Shown here piece by piece: positions 62,211 through 64,000 of a stretch of DNA of 64,000 nt. The stretch spans positions 124,001 through 188,000 of the forward strand of contig NW_021835992.1 of assembly GCF_006345805.1 (NCBI RefSeq), written 5' to 3'. The notes beneath the pieces were generated by a model. The model had not been told where the DNA came from, searched no databases, and saw nothing but the letters and a program-made list of their open reading frames with translations. Numbering within the stretch: the stretch's first letter is position 1; each line of letters begins with the position of its first letter. The translations under genes were made by a program, and so were the position numbers. This stretch comes from Octopus sinensis (Eukaryota).

Positions 62211-64000
62211 ACGTAAATTAATTCTTTAATCACCACGGACCGTACTATCAAGACTATATAACGACTCCATCAACTTACGTACGATACCTAATATATGGAA
62301 AAACTCCCTAATTACGCCAATCCTAAAGCCTGGGAAACCAAAGGATGCCCCCTCTTCATACCGCCCAATCTCAATAACTTGTATCTTATCGAAAGTACTG
62401 GAAAAGCTCGTATTAATGCGAATCTCTCCTGTCCTACAACTGCCAGAATTCCAGCACGGTTTTAGACCAGACCGTTCCACAACGACCCACTTGTGTTCTG
62501 TCTCCCAGTTTATCACTGAGGGTTTTAACATGGGAACACACCTACGGACGGCCTTAGTATCTATTGATATACAAAAGGCTTTTGATTCTGTCCCGAGGAA
62601 ACTCCTAACGCGGAAGATATTTGATTCGAACTTACATCCGAACATCAAACTGTGGTTGGAAAATTTCTTAACTGGCCGTCGCGGAAGGGTCCGTATCGAC
62701 AATACTACTTCAAGATCAAGACTACTGCCCAATGGTGTCCCACAAGGCTCCCCTTTATCTCCTCTCCTTTTTAACCTATTTCTACATGACCTACCCACTA
62801 CTAATGACCCAGACATAATGTTCTTATCCTATGCGGACGACCTGATTATCGCTGCAAGAGATAAATCTCCTTCTGTGGCTGTCGCAATGGTCCAGTCACA
62901 CCTCAACCGTGTATGTGATTGGCTATCTGCAAACATGTTGTGTGTGTCTGCATCCAAATCCCAATTCACCCTCTTTACTACTGACAGAAGATTCAAGAAT
63001 GGGCTGGAACTATTCATTGGAGACAAACCTATTCCCTCTTCGCGTACCCAGAAGATCCTTGGCGTGGTTTTCGACTCCTTAATGACGTTCTCAAGTCACG
63101 TAGAGGAGGCCCTAGCTAAAGGTCTGCGGAAGTGGAACGTCTTGAAAGCTCTGTTAAAGAAGAGTCCCCTCCCCCTGAAAGATTGTGTCAGCAAAGTCTA
63201 CCAACAAGTGATTGCCCCGACGGTTGAGTATGCCTGCTCAGCCTGGAGGTTTGCTATTGCTTGTTCGAAAGCGGAACGTTTGAACTCACTCAGAAGGAAG
63301 ATTATGCTCCACACTGACACCTCAGTTGGCAGTCTTGCTTCCGAGGAGGCGACGCAGAAGAATGGACAGGGTTTCCTACGTTTCTGCAAGGAACTGGGAA
63401 ACCCACTCAAGGAAAAGGTGGCACATGCAGAGGAATTTCGGTCGGTTATAAAGAAATGCACTCCAATTGAGTTCCTCTGCAGAAGGAAGAGAAGGCTTTT
63501 CCGGATTACGGTCGGGTCATCAGAAGATCATGTAAGGAAAGTACGGCTGTGGTTGGAGGCAGGGATCACCTAATTAGTTAGTTCTGACCTATCTTTCTCG
63601 GTGATCTTGGAGTTAATAAATAAATAATAAATAAATAAACATTTAGTCGTACGTAATCTCGTCCCTCTGCCGATCCTTTGCTTAGCTGAATCAGTTCGGT
63701 TGAACAATTTGGGCGACAGGAATGGTTGGGATACCAAGCCAGTCCTCCACAAGACGAGGTATCAATCACTTGTTAGTCACTCCACCGAAACATGTATATT
63801 CCAGGATTCTACAGTTGACGAATCATTCGCCTTGTAGGCCTTCTCTTTTAGTGGGCCACCTCATTCCGAATGATCTGCCGATATAGTCCACAATCACTGT
63901 TCTCTTCTACATGTAATGTCCTGCAAACAACCCCAGTCTCTCAATTTTCGACCTTCGCAACAACACGTGTCCCCTCTAAAACAGGAGTTGTCGTTATTGG

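Larger units (their letters stand above)
61482..63635. mobile_element. Vingi/Ingi-like LINE B with 5' inversion (2A-APE on minus 61482-62210; RT and tail on plus 62230-63635)
   Basis: 12-bp TSD TAAACATTTAGT (61470-61481 / 63636-63647); RT with QHGFRPDRST, GVPQGSPLSP, YADD; (TAAA)n tail; no RNase H. Confidence 0.9.

Noticed and set aside
63648-63780. Possible HDV-like ribozyme on the minus strand
   Set aside because: Could not build a consistent P1-P4 pairing; looks like decayed coding sequence

Overview
Eukaryotic, AT-rich, transposon-dense window from a metazoan with extremely short GT-AG introns (about 21-34 nt in nearly every gene I could splice by hand). The metazoan call rests on Ig-superfamily, LAP/Scribble, ETS and navigator-like genes. 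The best fit is a dicyemid mesozoan; this is inference, and orthonectid or myxozoan origins are alternatives. Recognisable host genes are RPL19, a multi-Ig type-I membrane protein, POLK (frame-disrupted), tRNA-Gln(CTG), PFKFB, SEM1/DSS1, LIN54/tesmin, Scribble-like LAP, NAV-like, an F-BAR/SH3 protein, YPEL5 and cytosolic MetRS, plus a 28S rDNA fragment. Much of the remaining sequence is mobile DNA: CRE, R4-clade, RTE, I/Jockey-group and Vingi/Ingi-like non-LTR elements, and hAT, Merlin, pogo and Ginger-like DNA transposons. Most striking: (1) Two related Vingi/Ingi-like LINEs share a covarying HDV-like 5' pseudoknot with an embedded ATG, followed by a 2A (DxExNPGP) peptide, APE and RT. Both sit in TSD-bounded head-to-head configurations: one has a 3' tail at each end (145-bp inverted repeats), the other a 5' inversion. 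This suggests routine priming from both target strands. (2) A four-level nest hAT>hAT>hAT>intact R4-clade LINE retains every TSD. (3) Several DNA transposases read through only after splicing of host-type micro-introns. Everything was done by eye. Some 1-2 nt frameshifts may be assembly errors, and family names come from remembered motifs, not database searches.
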